Counted from the stretch's first letter, positions 27,401-38,609 are shown. The stretch: DNA of 64,000 nt from Polyangiales bacterium (GCA_964202905.1 CAXNJO010000004.1:96001-160000); one strand, 5' to 3'. The notes: a model not told the origin generated them from the sequence alone. A program made the numbers and translations.

Positions 27401-29179
27401 ATGCCCCCCGCCAACCCGAAGCCTGCGGCCCCCGGATCGAAGAACGCTCCTCGCGCGTCGCAGGGGCGGCCGCCTGCGGCCAGCACCGCGCCGGGGAAGG
27501 CCGCGCCGGGCAGCCCCGCGCCCGCGGCGAAACCAGCGCCCGCGGCGAAGACCGCGGCGGCTGCGAAGCCCCCCGCAAGCGCGGTGTCCGCGGCGGCCGC
27601 GAAGCACTCGCCCGCCGCGAAGCACTCGCCCGCTGCGAAGACCGCGCCCGTCGCCCCGGCCGCCCCCGCTCCGCCCTCTTTCGCCCGGAAGAGTTCGGGT
27701 CCCGCGCGCGCCCCGTCCCAGCGGCCGATCGTCGGGACGCGGAAGTCGCGCCCCGTCCGTCCGGTGACCGAGCCCGCGTCGACGGTCGCTGCGTCCCTCC
27801 GCGCCGGTGAAGCCATGAGCAAAAGCCCCGCCGCCGCCAAGGCGCTCGCCCCCCGACGTGCCGCCAAGCCCGAGACCGAGGAAAAAGAGGAGCGCGACGA
27901 GGACGCCGAGGATGGCTCCAACGAGAACGAGCCTTCGAAGGAAGACCTCGCCGAGGCGCAGGCCGAGGCCGAAAAGGCCCTCAAGGAGATGGAACGGCAG
28001 GGCGGTGGCGACTCCACCCTGAGCCGTTACTTCCGCGAGATGGCCGGGCACCGCGTGCTTCAACCGCACGAGGAGGTCGAGGCCGCGAAGGAGGTCGAGC
28101 GCCTGGAGATCGGCTACTGGGAGGCGCTTCTCTCCTACCCGCTCGCCCTCGAGACGGTCGCGCAGGTCCTCGACGAGCACCTCGAGGCCCCCATCGCGGA
28201 CATCGCCACGCTGCGCAAACTCGCCAAGCAGTTCAAGACCGCGGGCCCGAAGCCGCCGAAGGCGCTTCAGGAGCGCTGGGACGCCACCGTCAAGGTCGTG
28301 TCCACCCAGCTTCGGGTCGTCGATTCCGACCGCATCTTCGTCAACCAGAGCGACAAGGCCGTCCATCGGCTCGCCGGGCAGCGCTCCGAAGAGCGCGACA
28401 TCCTCGGCGAGGAGGTCCGCATGGTGCCGGCCTTCCGCAAGTTCCTCACCGAGGTCGAGAAGGCGCGCTTCGCCCAGCAGAAGTCCAAGAACCGCTTCGT
28501 CGCCGCGAACCTCCGCCTCGTCGTCAGCATCGCGCGCCGGTACAACCGCGGTCGCCTCCCGCTGATCGACCTCATCCAAGAAGGCAACATCGGCCTGATG
28601 AAGGCGGTCGAGCGCTTCGACCACAACCGCGGCTACCGGTTCTCGACGTACGCGTCCTGGTGGATCCGCCACGCGATCAGCCGCGCCCTCGCGGACAAGG
28701 GGCGCGCGGTCCGCATCCCCGTCCACATGCTCGACACGTACAACCGCGTCGCGCGCGCGACCCAGGCGATCGCCACGCGCACCGGCGCGGAGCCGTCTCC
28801 GGAGGAACTCGAGAAGGAGACCGGCATCGCCGCCGAGAAACTCGAGAAGATCAAGGGCTACTGGGCCGAGACCCCATTCTCCCTCGATCGCCCGGTCAAC
28901 GACGAAGACGGCCGCAAGTTCATCGACTTCCTCGAGCAGGAGGGCGTGCCGACGCCCTACGAGAACCTCGTCTCGCAGACTTGGAACGACGAAGTCCGCA
29001 GGCTCCTCGAGACCTTGTCCCCGATGGAGGCGCGCATCCTCCGGTGGCGTTTCGGCCTCGACGACGAGGACGAGCTCACGCTCAAGGAGATCGGCGACAA
29101 GTACAACCTCTCCCGCGAGCGCATCCGCCAGCTCCAAGAGCAGGCCCTCGCGAAGATCCGCCGTCAGATCAAGGAGTAG
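27401..29179 (+). CDS. RpoD/SigA-family (group 1/2-like) sigma factor with a long low-complexity N-terminus
   Basis: Region 1.2 LSRYFREM, region 2 [10 protein letters not shown]...[32 protein letters not shown], region 4 SRERIRQ. Start uncertain (27218, 27401 or later). Confidence 0.9.
   Translation: MPPANPKPAAPGSKNAPRASQGRPPAASTAPGKAAPGSPAPAAKPAPAAKTAAAAKPPASAVSAAAAKHSPAAKHSPAAKTAPVAPAAPAPPSFARKSSGPARAPSQRPIVGTRKSRPVRPVTEPASTVAASLRAGEAMSKSPAAAKALAPRRAAKPETEEKEERDEDAEDGSNENEPSKEDLAEAQAEAEKALKEMERQGGGDSTLSRYFREMAGHRVLQPHEEVEAAKEVERLEIGYWEALLSYPLALETVAQVLDEHLEAPIADIATLRKLAKQFKTAGPKPPKALQERWDATVKVVSTQLRVVDSDRIFVNQSDKAVHRLAGQRSEERDILGEEVRMVPAFRKFLTEVEKARFAQQKSKNRFVAANLRLVVSIARRYNRGRLPLIDLIQEGNIGLMKAVERFDHNRGYRFSTYASWWIRHAISRALADKGRAVRIPVHMLDTYNRVARATQAIATRTGAEPSPEELEKETGIAAEKLEKIKGYWAETPFSLDRPVNDEDGRKFIDFLEQEGVPTPYENLVSQTWNDEVRRLLETLSPMEARILRWRFGLDDEDELTLKEIGDKYNLSRERIRQLQEQALAKIRRQIKE
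27596..27649 (+). repeat. 18-bp coding tandem repeat ([18 protein letters not shown])
   Basis: GCCGCGAAGCACTCGCCC twice exactly, then GCTGCGAAGACCGCGCCC. Confidence 0.8.
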
Positions 29180-29233
29180 CGGCGCCGGTCGGCGGCGTGC
29201 GTCGGCGGCGTTCGTGGGACGCGAGCGTCGCCG

Positions 29234-30751
29234 TCAGTCCTCGCCCGCCTCGTCGTCCGCGGTGCCCGGCGGCCGATAGCCTGGATGGAGGTGGGCGACG
29301 AGCGCGCGAACGGTGTCATCGCAGAGCGCGCGCGCGGGCCCGTGGCGTCCACGCACACCGTTCGTGAGCACGCTGAACGCGAGCGCCTCGTCGCCCGGAC
29401 CGAGCACGTAGCCGGAGAGCGCGATCGCGTCACCGAGTGTGCCCGTCTTCGCCCGGACGACGCCGCGCGGCACGTCCCCCAAGCGTCGGGCGAGCGTGCC
29501 GTCGACGCCTGCGATCGCGAGATGCGCCAGATATTCGCTGCGCACCGCGGGGTCGCGGTAGACGTGCGCGAGGAGCTTCGTGAAGTGCGACGCAGCGACG
29601 AGGTTTCCGTCGAAGAGCCCGGAACCGTTCACGACGGTCGCGGCGCCGTGTGGGACGCCGGCCTGCTCGAGCAGCGCGCGTGCGGCGGCGGCACCCTCGG
29701 CGGTGCGGCCGGGTCGGGTCCGCTCGGCGCCGACGACCTTCAGGACCATCTCCGCGACGAAGTTGTCGGAGTCCTTCCCGAGGGCGGCGAGGATCTGCGC
29801 GAGCGGCGGGGAGCGTCGGGCGGTGAGGAGCGGCACGTCGCCGGGGGTGGGCGCGACGCGCACACGCACCGGGGCCCGGATCCCCAAGCGGCGCAGCGCC
29901 TCGACGAAGGCGTGCCCCGCGAAGGGCACGGGGTTCTCGACGCGGCGCCGGTAGGAGACGCCGCGCACGCCGAGCGGCACCGTGCCGCGCACCCGGAGCA
30001 CGAGCCGTTCGCCGCTGCCGCGCTGGTCGGCCAGCACGCGCGGCTCGCCGCCCGCCGAGGTGGTGATCTCGTTGGTGACGTCGAAGTAGCCGCTCGCGTC
30101 GAGCCGCACCACCGCGGGCGCGCCCACCGTCGGACCGGGCAAGACCCTCAGTTCGTAAGCGTTTCCATCCACGGCGAGCGCGGAGACAGGCGCGCGGAAG
30201 GCGGCGACCTCGCCGGGCTGCTGCTCGAAGGCAGGCGGGAGGAAGCGGTCGTCGAAGTACGTGCCGTCGACGACGACCTCGTCGACGCGCCGCACGCCGC
30301 GGTCCACCAGCGCCTCGCCGAGCTCGACGAGGTCCGCGATGCGGAGGGTCGGGTCCCCGCCCCCCTTGAGGAACAGCCCACCGACCACGGCGTCGCCCTC
30401 GATGCGGCCGTAAACACCCGTGAGCATTCGGAAATCGCCGCCGAGCGTCCTGAGCGCCGTCGCCGCGGTGACGAGCTTCTCGTTGGAAGCCGGGTTCAGC
30501 GGGACGTCGGCCTGGTGCGCGAAGAGCACGCGGCCGGTTCGGGCATCGCTGACGGAGACGCCGGTGCGCTCGCCGAGGTCGGCCCGCGCGACGAGTCCGG
30601 CGAGCGTGCGCGCGAGTGCGCCCGTGTCGGGCCCCCCACCGGGCGCGTCCTGCGCCGAGGACATCGAGGAGAGCGCGACCGCGACCATGCCGAGGGCGGT
30701 GAGCAGGAGGGCGGCGCGGCGGTGCGGGGCTCGGTGCGGAAAGGACGTCAT
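29234..30751 (-). CDS. dacB: D-alanyl-D-alanine carboxypeptidase/endopeptidase (PBP4)
   Basis: PASNEK (SxxK), SDN, GSGL, AKTGTL motifs; signal peptide. Confidence 0.93.
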   Translation of the reverse strand: MTSFPHRAPHRRAALLLTALGMVAVALSSMSSAQDAPGGGPDTGALARTLAGLVARADLGERTGVSVSDARTGRVLFAHQADVPLNPASNEKLVTAATALRTLGGDFRMLTGVYGRIEGDAVVGGLFLKGGGDPTLRIADLVELGEALVDRGVRRVDEVVVDGTYFDDRFLPPAFEQQPGEVAAFRAPVSALAVDGNAYELRVLPGPTVGAPAVVRLDASGYFDVTNEITTSAGGEPRVLADQRGSGERLVLRVRGTVPLGVRGVSYRRRVENPVPFAGHAFVEALRRLGIRAPVRVRVAPTPGDVPLLTARRSPPLAQILAALGKDSDNFVAEMVLKVVGAERTRPGRTAEGAAAARALLEQAGVPHGAATVVNGSGLFDGNLVAASHFTKLLAHVYRDPAVRSEYLAHLAIAGVDGTLARRLGDVPRGVVRAKTGTLGDAIALSGYVLGPGDEALAFSVLTNGVRGRHGPARALCDDTVRALVAHLHPGYRPPGTADDEAGED

Positions 30752-32326
30752 CGCGGGCCTGACGCTATCACGCGGCTGCGGGGCGCCATCGGGCTGCTCG
30801 GGGCGCTCCTCTCCGCCGCGCTCGCCGCGCCCGGATGCGCGCGGGGGGAGGGGGACGCGCAGGCGGCGGATGACGGGGCCCTGGTCGTCGTGCTTCCGCA
30901 GGACGTCGAGCAGCTCGACCCGCGCAAGGTCGGTGACGCCTACGGGCTCAAGGTCTCCCGCCTCGTGTTCGCGTCGCTCGTGACGGTCGATCCGCGGACG
31001 CTCGAGGTCGTGCCCGACCTCGCCGACCGCGTCGAGGTCGAGTCACCGCTCCGCTACCGCGTCACGCTGCGCGCGGGGCTGCGCTTCTCCGATGGGAGCG
31101 TGCTCGACGCCGAGGACGTGCGCGCGACCTTCCGCAGCATCGTCGATCCGGCGCTCGGCAGCCGCTTTGCGCGCAGCTACCGGCGCATCGTGCGTCTCGA
31201 GGTGCCCGACGCGCGCACGGTCATCTTCGAACTCGAGGCGCCGCATGCGACGTTCCTGACGGACCTCGAGATCCCGATCCTGCGCGCCGAGGACGCGGGC
31301 CACGTCGTCGGCGTTCTGGGCGGCGCCGAGCCGATCGGCGCGGGGCCGTTCCGCCTCGTCCGGCGCAGCCCCGGGCACCTCGAACTCGCCGCCAACCCGC
31401 GCTGGCACCGCGGCGCGCCTCGATTCCCGCGCGTGCGGATGGTCGTGGTGCGCGACGACAACACGCGCGCCCTGCGCCTGCTCGCGGGCCGTGCCGACCT
31501 CGCGCTCAACGCGGTGCCGCCGTTGCTCGTGCCGATGTTCGAGGGCGACGGCCGTTTCCGTGTGCGGACGGCCCCGGGCGTCGGAACCACCTACCTCGGC
31601 ACGAACCTCGAGGCACCTGCGCTTCGCGACGTGCGCGTGCGTCGTGCCCTCGCCCTCGCGATTGACCGTGCGCGCATCGTCCGCGCCAAACTGGGCGGGC
31701 GCGCGCGGCTCGCGAGCGGCTTCGTGCCGCCGGGCCACTGGGCGTCCGTGCCGGGGCTGCCGTCGTGGGATTTCGACCCGGTCCGCGCCCGCGCGCTGCT
31801 CGACGAAGCCGGGCTCCGCGACCCCGACGGGAGCGGCCCCGCGCCCCGGCTGCGCCTCACGCTGCGCACGAGCACGGACCGGTTCCGCCAGTCGATCGCG
31901 CGGGCAATCGCCGCGATGCTCGGTGACGTGGGCGTCGAGGTCGAGGTGCGACCGAGCGAGCTCGCGACGCTGCTCGCCGACCTCGACGCGGGGCGCTTCG
32001 AGCTCGCGACCTTGCAGGTGCCGGAGGTCTTCGAGCCCCACGTCCTCACGTGGTTCTTCGGCAGCGAGCACGTGCCCGGCGGCGGGCGCGAGGGGGCCAA
32101 CCGCTGGCGCATGCGGGACGCGGCGCTCGATGCTGCGCTCGAGCGCGGACGCGCGACGCCGGACCGCGCCGCGCGCATCGCCGCGTACGGGGACGCCCAG
32201 CGCGTCCTCGCGGCGCAACTCCCGGTGATCCCGCTCTGGCATGAGGACGTGGTCGCCGTCACGGGCGCGCGCGCGGCCGCGTTCGACGTGCCGCGCGACG
32301 GGCGTTTCGCGACGCTGGCGGACTGA
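30722..32326 (+). CDS. Peptide ABC transporter substrate-binding lipoprotein (family 5)
   Basis: LDP...LV...PDLA...LRAGLRFSDG...AEDV, PIGAGPF, DVRVRRALALAIDR; lipobox APGC. Start uncertain; GTG 30722 has AGGAGG 11 nt upstream. Confidence 0.88.
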   Translation: MRGSVRKGRHRGPDAITRLRGAIGLLGALLSAALAAPGCARGEGDAQAADDGALVVVLPQDVEQLDPRKVGDAYGLKVSRLVFASLVTVDPRTLEVVPDLADRVEVESPLRYRVTLRAGLRFSDGSVLDAEDVRATFRSIVDPALGSRFARSYRRIVRLEVPDARTVIFELEAPHATFLTDLEIPILRAEDAGHVVGVLGGAEPIGAGPFRLVRRSPGHLELAANPRWHRGAPRFPRVRMVVVRDDNTRALRLLAGRADLALNAVPPLLVPMFEGDGRFRVRTAPGVGTTYLGTNLEAPALRDVRVRRALALAIDRARIVRAKLGGRARLASGFVPPGHWASVPGLPSWDFDPVRARALLDEAGLRDPDGSGPAPRLRLTLRTSTDRFRQSIARAIAAMLGDVGVEVEVRPSELATLLADLDAGRFELATLQVPEVFEPHVLTWFFGSEHVPGGGREGANRWRMRDAALDAALERGRATPDRAARIAAYGDAQRVLAAQLPVIPLWHEDVVAVTGARAAAFDVPRDGRFATLAD

Positions 32327-32443
32327 TCGCCGCGCACCGGGCGCCGCGCGCGGCTCTCGTCGTGCCGCGCTCCGGGCGACGGACGCGAAGGAGGCGCCGC
32401 GACGACATCGGGCGCCTCCGGAAGTGCGCGGGCCTGTCTGTAC

Positions 32444-33040
32444 TCAGACGCGCGACGAGACGACGTCCCAGTCGACGTTCGCGAAGAAATCGTCGAGGTA
32501 CTTCGCGCGCTCGGTGGGCTTGAGGTAGACGCTCCAGGCGTGCTCCCAGAGGTCGAGCACGAGCACCGGGCGCCCGCCCGCGGGGTGTCCCACGTCGTGG
32601 CGATCGATCCAGTAGTTGTCGAACTGCTGCCGCGACGCGTCGAAGTACGTGATGGCCCAGCCCACGCCCGGCGCCTTGGCCGTGCCGAGCAGGTCCGCCT
32701 TCCACGTGTCGAAGTCACCGAACTGCCGGCTCACGGCCTCTGCGAACTTCGACTCCTTGCCGACGCCGCGGCCACCGGGCGCGAGGTTATCGAAGTACAA
32801 CTCGTGCAGCAGCACGCCGTTGTGCTCCCAGCCGGCCCGACGCTTCAACTCCTGGTACTCGGCCGTGCCGGACTTGCCATCGGCGAGCATCGCCGCGACC
32901 GTCTCATTGAGCTTGTTCGAGCGGTTCACGTAGCCGTTGTAGAGGGTGAGATGCACCGACATCTGGTCGTCGGTGATCGCCTGAAGGCCCTTCAACGCCG
33001 AGTAGTCCTTCGCCACGTACTTCGTCGGGGTCCACGTCAT
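32444..33040 (-). CDS. Fe/Mn superoxide dismutase family protein
   Basis: His/His/Asp/His ligand pattern: VHLTLYNGYV, LLHELYF, DLWEHAW; GGAGG RBS; TGCTAGCTT extended -10 at 33078-33086. Confidence 0.9.
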   Translation of the reverse strand: MTWTPTKYVAKDYSALKGLQAITDDQMSVHLTLYNGYVNRSNKLNETVAAMLADGKSGTAEYQELKRRAGWEHNGVLLHELYFDNLAPGGRGVGKESKFAEAVSRQFGDFDTWKADLLGTAKAPGVGWAITYFDASRQQFDNYWIDRHDVGHPAGGRPVLVLDLWEHAWSVYLKPTERAKYLDDFFANVDWDVVSSRV

Positions 33041-33135
33041 CTTCTTCGTCCTCCGCTGCTGCGCTGCTGGGGTCGCGAAGCTAGCACGGGAAGTCCCCGG
33101 GCAGCCCCGCGCGCGGGCTGCTACGGTCCGCCGCG

Positions 33136-34443
33136 ATGATCCTCCGGGACCCCGTGCACGGGCTCGTTGCCTTCGAGGGGCTCGCCGAGCCCATCGTCAC
33201 CGCGCTGCTCGACACGCGCGAGGTGCAGCGTTTGCGCCGCGTCCGCCAGCTCGGGCTCACCTCGGTCGTCTTTCCGGGGGCCGAGCACTCGCGTTTCGCG
33301 CACGCCGTCGGCGCCGCGCACGTGATGGTGCGGCTCCTCGCGCGGCTCGCCGAGGTCGCGCACGACCTCCCCGCCGACGAGCGGATCGACGACGAGGCCG
33401 CCCGCGACGCGCTCGCCGCTGCGCTGCTGCACGACCTCGGCCACGGCCCGTTCTCGCACCTCTTCGAAGAGGTCATGCCGGGGGCGCGGCACCACGAGGC
33501 GTGGACGGTCGACGTCGTGCGCGATTCTGCGACCGACGTGCACCGCGCCCTCGCCGGGTTCGATCCCGCGATGCCCGAGCGCGTCGCCGGGCTCCTCGAG
33601 GGCCACTACCGCCTCGGTTATCTCGCGCGCGCCGTCAGCGGCACGCTCGACGTCGACCGCTGCGACTACCTGCTGCGCGACAGCCACATGACCGGCGTCC
33701 GCTACGGCATCTACGACCTCGACTGGCTGCTCCGCGCGTTGGCCTTCGGTACGGCGCCGTGCGGCGAGCGCGTGATCGCGATCGAGGGGCGCAAGGGCCT
33801 GCCGCCGATCGAGGGGTTCTTCCTTGCGCGGCATTTCATGTTTCAGCAGGTCTATCACCACAAGGCCACGCGCGGCGCCGAGGCGCTCATCCGCGGATTG
33901 TTTCTCCGGCTGGGCGAGCTCGTCCGCGACGGCGCTGCACCCGAGGGCACCCCGCTCGCGATGGCGTGCGCCGCACGCGGCGAGCCGATGTCGCTCGGCG
34001 ACTACCTCGCGCTCGACGACTCGGTCCTGCTGCACGGGTTCTCTTGTTGGGCCGAGTCCGACGACCCGACGCTGCGTGAGCTCGCGCGCGCGGTGGTGGT
34101 TCGCCGCCTCCCGAAGACGCTCCCTCTCCCCGAGGACGAGGGCGCAGCGCCCCGCTGGGCCGAGGCGCTCGAGCGGGCCCGCGGGATTGCGCGTCGACAC
34201 GGCCTCCGCCCGGAGTTGAGCGTCTTCCTCGACGTCCCGCGCGACACGCCTTACGAGGAGCCGAGCGACGACTCCGCCGATGGGCTCTGGGTGTTGCTCC
34301 GGCACCAACCGATCCGCAGGCTCGGCGACGTATCCTTCCTTCTTGGGCAACTGCGCAACGCGCACGCGATCCGGCCCCGTCTCGTCTTCCCCGCGGCGCT
34401 CCGTGACGAGGTCGTGGCGGCCGTCGGCGAGGTACTGGTATGA
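33136..34443 (+). CDS. HD-domain phosphohydrolase (SAMHD1/dNTPase-like family)
   Basis: RDPVHG, QRLRRVRQLG, HSRFAH, LLHDLGHGPFSH, DVDRCDYLLRDS, VYHHK. Confidence 0.9.
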   Translation: MILRDPVHGLVAFEGLAEPIVTALLDTREVQRLRRVRQLGLTSVVFPGAEHSRFAHAVGAAHVMVRLLARLAEVAHDLPADERIDDEAARDALAAALLHDLGHGPFSHLFEEVMPGARHHEAWTVDVVRDSATDVHRALAGFDPAMPERVAGLLEGHYRLGYLARAVSGTLDVDRCDYLLRDSHMTGVRYGIYDLDWLLRALAFGTAPCGERVIAIEGRKGLPPIEGFFLARHFMFQQVYHHKATRGAEALIRGLFLRLGELVRDGAAPEGTPLAMACAARGEPMSLGDYLALDDSVLLHGFSCWAESDDPTLRELARAVVVRRLPKTLPLPEDEGAAPRWAEALERARGIARRHGLRPELSVFLDVPRDTPYEEPSDDSADGLWVLLRHQPIRRLGDVSFLLGQLRNAHAIRPRLVFPAALRDEVVAAVGEVLV

Positions 34444-35477
34444 GCCCACTCGCACGCAGCGCGCTCTTTGCCGGCCTCGCGGCGACGGCGGCCGCGCTCA
34501 TCGCCCCGGCAGTGGCCCGCGCCCAGCGGCGTCCGCGCGGCATGCCGCTCGAGGCGACGCCGGGTGTCGTCGCGGCGTTGACCCCGTGGACCCCCGCGGA
34601 TCCGCCGGGCGATCCGCGCTACCTTCGCGTCCTGACGCTGCGCACGACCACCTGGACGGACGCGGAGGTCGTGGCCGACCGTCGGCTGCTCCGATTCGAT
34701 GTGAGCGACCCGGCGTCCCCGCGCGCGAGACCGCTTCCCTGCGTGCACCCGGCCGCGCCGCGCTTTCGGCCCGATTCGCCGCGCGTGCGTGCGCTCGGCG
34801 GTGCGGCCTCCTACCGCGAGTGGATCGATCTCCGCATGTATTGCAGCGGTCGAGCCCTCGACCGCCTCGAGCGCGGTGGCCGCGCCGTGGCGCGTTACGG
34901 CCATGCGCGCGGGCCGCGTCGCGCGTGGGTCGCGCGGCCGCGCGGCGGTGCGGCCGATGTGGCGGTCGCGACCTTGGCCGCGGGCGAGATCGTCTTGTCG
35001 GCGCGGACCGCGCCCACGAACGCGGCGCCCGCACCCGAGGCGCGCGTGACGCTCGCGTCCGTCACCCGCGCGACCGGAGACGTGCTCGCGCTCGAGGTCG
35101 GCGTGCGTGCGACGTCGGGCGCGCGCGTCGTCTACCTCCGCCACGACTTCGCGCGGTTCCGCGTACGCGGGCCGCTCGGCGCGCTCGAGTGCGGTCTCGA
35201 GCCGACGCCTCTTGCGCCGATCGTCGATCTCTTCCGCCCGGTCTCGGCGCGTGCGGCCGCGACGATTCGCGTCGATGCGCGACAGGCGTGCCGCGGCGCC
35301 TTCCCGATCGCGGGCATTTACGAAGTCACCCCCGTCGTCGCGCTCCCGTGGGCGTTTCCGGGGGATGCCGCGCGCGCGATCACCGGGGAGTACGTGGGCG
35401 AGCCCGCCGTCGTCCGCATCACCGAGGGGGACCGCGGCTACGTCGAGCACATCCCCGACGGAGCGTCCGCGCCATGA
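34440..35477 (+). CDS. Exported hypothetical protein with an internal duplication
   Basis: Signal peptide (AVARA); ATGA overlaps at both ends; two similar halves, each with two Cys. Confidence 0.7.
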   Translation: MSPLARSALFAGLAATAAALIAPAVARAQRRPRGMPLEATPGVVAALTPWTPADPPGDPRYLRVLTLRTTTWTDAEVVADRRLLRFDVSDPASPRARPLPCVHPAAPRFRPDSPRVRALGGAASYREWIDLRMYCSGRALDRLERGGRAVARYGHARGPRRAWVARPRGGAADVAVATLAAGEIVLSARTAPTNAAPAPEARVTLASVTRATGDVLALEVGVRATSGARVVYLRHDFARFRVRGPLGALECGLEPTPLAPIVDLFRPVSARAAATIRVDARQACRGAFPIAGIYEVTPVVALPWAFPGDAARAITGEYVGEPAVVRITEGDRGYVEHIPDGASAP

Positions 35478-35701
35478 ACGATCGCGTCGCACGTCTGCTC
35501 GCGGGGGCGGCTCTCGCCGTCGCCCTGGTCGCGCTGGTCGTGGCGTCGTACGCGGTGTCGATCGCCTCGCAGGGGCGCGAGGATGTGCGTCGCCTCGGGG
35601 AGTCCTTGTCACGCGCGCTCGAGATCGGTGCGCCCGGTCGCTCCGCGCTCGAACTCCCGCTGCGTGCGCCGCGCCCACAGCTCGATCCCGACGATCGCTG
35701 A
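35474..35701 (+). CDS. Small single-TM protein (75 aa)
   Basis: ATGA overlap; MNDRVARLLAGAALAVALVALVVASYAV TM helix. Confidence 0.65.
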   Translation: MNDRVARLLAGAALAVALVALVVASYAVSIASQGREDVRRLGESLSRALEIGAPGRSALELPLRAPRPQLDPDDR

Positions 35702-35743
35702 CCGCCGCGTTCGCCGCCCATCACCCGCTGAACCCCAAGGAAA

Positions 35744-37102
35744 ATGGCACGAATCCTCGTCGTCGACGATCAACGCAACATGAGGACCACGCTCGCCATG
35801 ATGTTGCGAGGCGCGGGCCACGAGGTGGAGGAGGCGGCCGACGGAGACGCCGCGATCGCGCGCCTCGGCGCGGAGGTCATCGACCTCGTCCTCACGGACC
35901 TCAAGATGGGCGCGCGGGACGGCATGGACGTCCTCCGCCACGCGCGCGACGTCGCGCCGCTCACCGAGGTCATCGTGATGACGGCGTACGGCACGATCGA
36001 GAGCGCCGTCGAGGCGATGCGCATCGGCGCGTACGACTACATCCAGAAGCCGTTCACCGAGGAGGAACTCCTCGTGAAGGTCCAGCGGGCCGTCGAGAAG
36101 CGGAACCTCGCGGGGCAGGTGAGCGCGATGGCGACCGAGTTCCGCGAGCGCTTCCGCTTCGAGAACATCATCGGCCGCAGCAGCGCGGTGCGCGACGTGC
36201 TCGGGCGCATCGTGCGCATCGCGCCCACCGACGCGACCGTCCTCATCACGGGCGAGAGCGGCACGGGCAAGGAACTCATCGCGCGTGCCGTGCACGCCAA
36301 TTCTGCGCGCGCCGATCGCCCCTTCATCACCGTCAACTGCGCGGCGATCACCGAGACGCTCCTCGAGAGCGAGCTCTTCGGCCACGCGCGCGGCGCGTTC
36401 ACCGGCGCCGTCGCCGCGCGCAAAGGCCTCTTCGAAGAGGCCAACGGCGGCACGTTCTTCTTCGACGAGGTCGGCGAGACGACCATCTCCTTTCAGGCGA
36501 AGCTGCTCCGCGCGATCCAGGAGGGCGAGATCCGCAGGCTCGGTGAGAACAAGCCGGTCCGTGTCGACGTGCGGATCATCGCCGCCACCAACCAGGATCT
36601 ACAGGCGGCGATCAGCGAGAAGCGTTTCCGCCAGGACCTCTATTACCGAATCAACGTCGCGCGCTTCATCCTGCCGCCGCTGCGCGAGCGCCGCGAAGAC
36701 CTCCCACTCCTCGTCGACTACTTCCTCGAGAAATACGGGCGCAAGATGAGGCGTACCGTGCGGATGGGGGAGGGCGTCCTCGACTACCTCCTGCAGTACG
36801 ACTACCCCGGCAACATCCGCGAACTCGAGAACATGATCGAGCAGGGCGTCGCGCTCACGGTCGACGGCGTGATGCGTCGCGACGACATCATCCCGCCCGA
36901 CCTCGTCGCGCCGCGCACGACCGGCGCGATGGCCGACACGGGGCGCTCGCTGCAAGACGCCGTCGACCGCGCTGAGCGCGCGGCGATCGAGGCGGTCCTG
37001 CATGACGTCGAGGGCAACAAAGAGCGCGCGGCCGAGCTGCTGGGCCTCAGCGCCACGACGCTCTGGCGAAAGATGAAGCGCCTGAACGTCGTCTGGCCCT
37101 GA
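35744..37102 (+). CDS. Sigma-54-dependent response regulator (NtrC family)
   Basis: Receiver domain, GESGTGKE, GAFTGA, Fis-type HTH; AAGGA RBS. Confidence 0.95.
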   Translation: MARILVVDDQRNMRTTLAMMLRGAGHEVEEAADGDAAIARLGAEVIDLVLTDLKMGARDGMDVLRHARDVAPLTEVIVMTAYGTIESAVEAMRIGAYDYIQKPFTEEELLVKVQRAVEKRNLAGQVSAMATEFRERFRFENIIGRSSAVRDVLGRIVRIAPTDATVLITGESGTGKELIARAVHANSARADRPFITVNCAAITETLLESELFGHARGAFTGAVAARKGLFEEANGGTFFFDEVGETTISFQAKLLRAIQEGEIRRLGENKPVRVDVRIIAATNQDLQAAISEKRFRQDLYYRINVARFILPPLRERREDLPLLVDYFLEKYGRKMRRTVRMGEGVLDYLLQYDYPGNIRELENMIEQGVALTVDGVMRRDDIIPPDLVAPRTTGAMADTGRSLQDAVDRAERAAIEAVLHDVEGNKERAAELLGLSATTLWRKMKRLNVVWP

Positions 37103-37183
37103 CCGCATCGAGCGGCTGCCGCGTTCGTGCGGCGCGGGACCGTCCGCGCCCGGCGCCCGCGACGTCGTGCTGGCGCCGCGGCG

Positions 37184-38596
<1,413 letters not shown>

Positions 38597-38609
38597 GGCT
38601 CGGCCTGCT

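Noticed and set aside
29285..30721. Apparent 1013-aa fusion N-terminal to the peptide-binding protein
   Set aside because: The first ~480 codons are the antisense of dacB; the lipoprotein signal marks the true N-terminus.
33136..34443. HD protein as an anti-phage dNTPase
   Set aside because: It belongs to a widespread housekeeping-type HD family and has no defence-island context.
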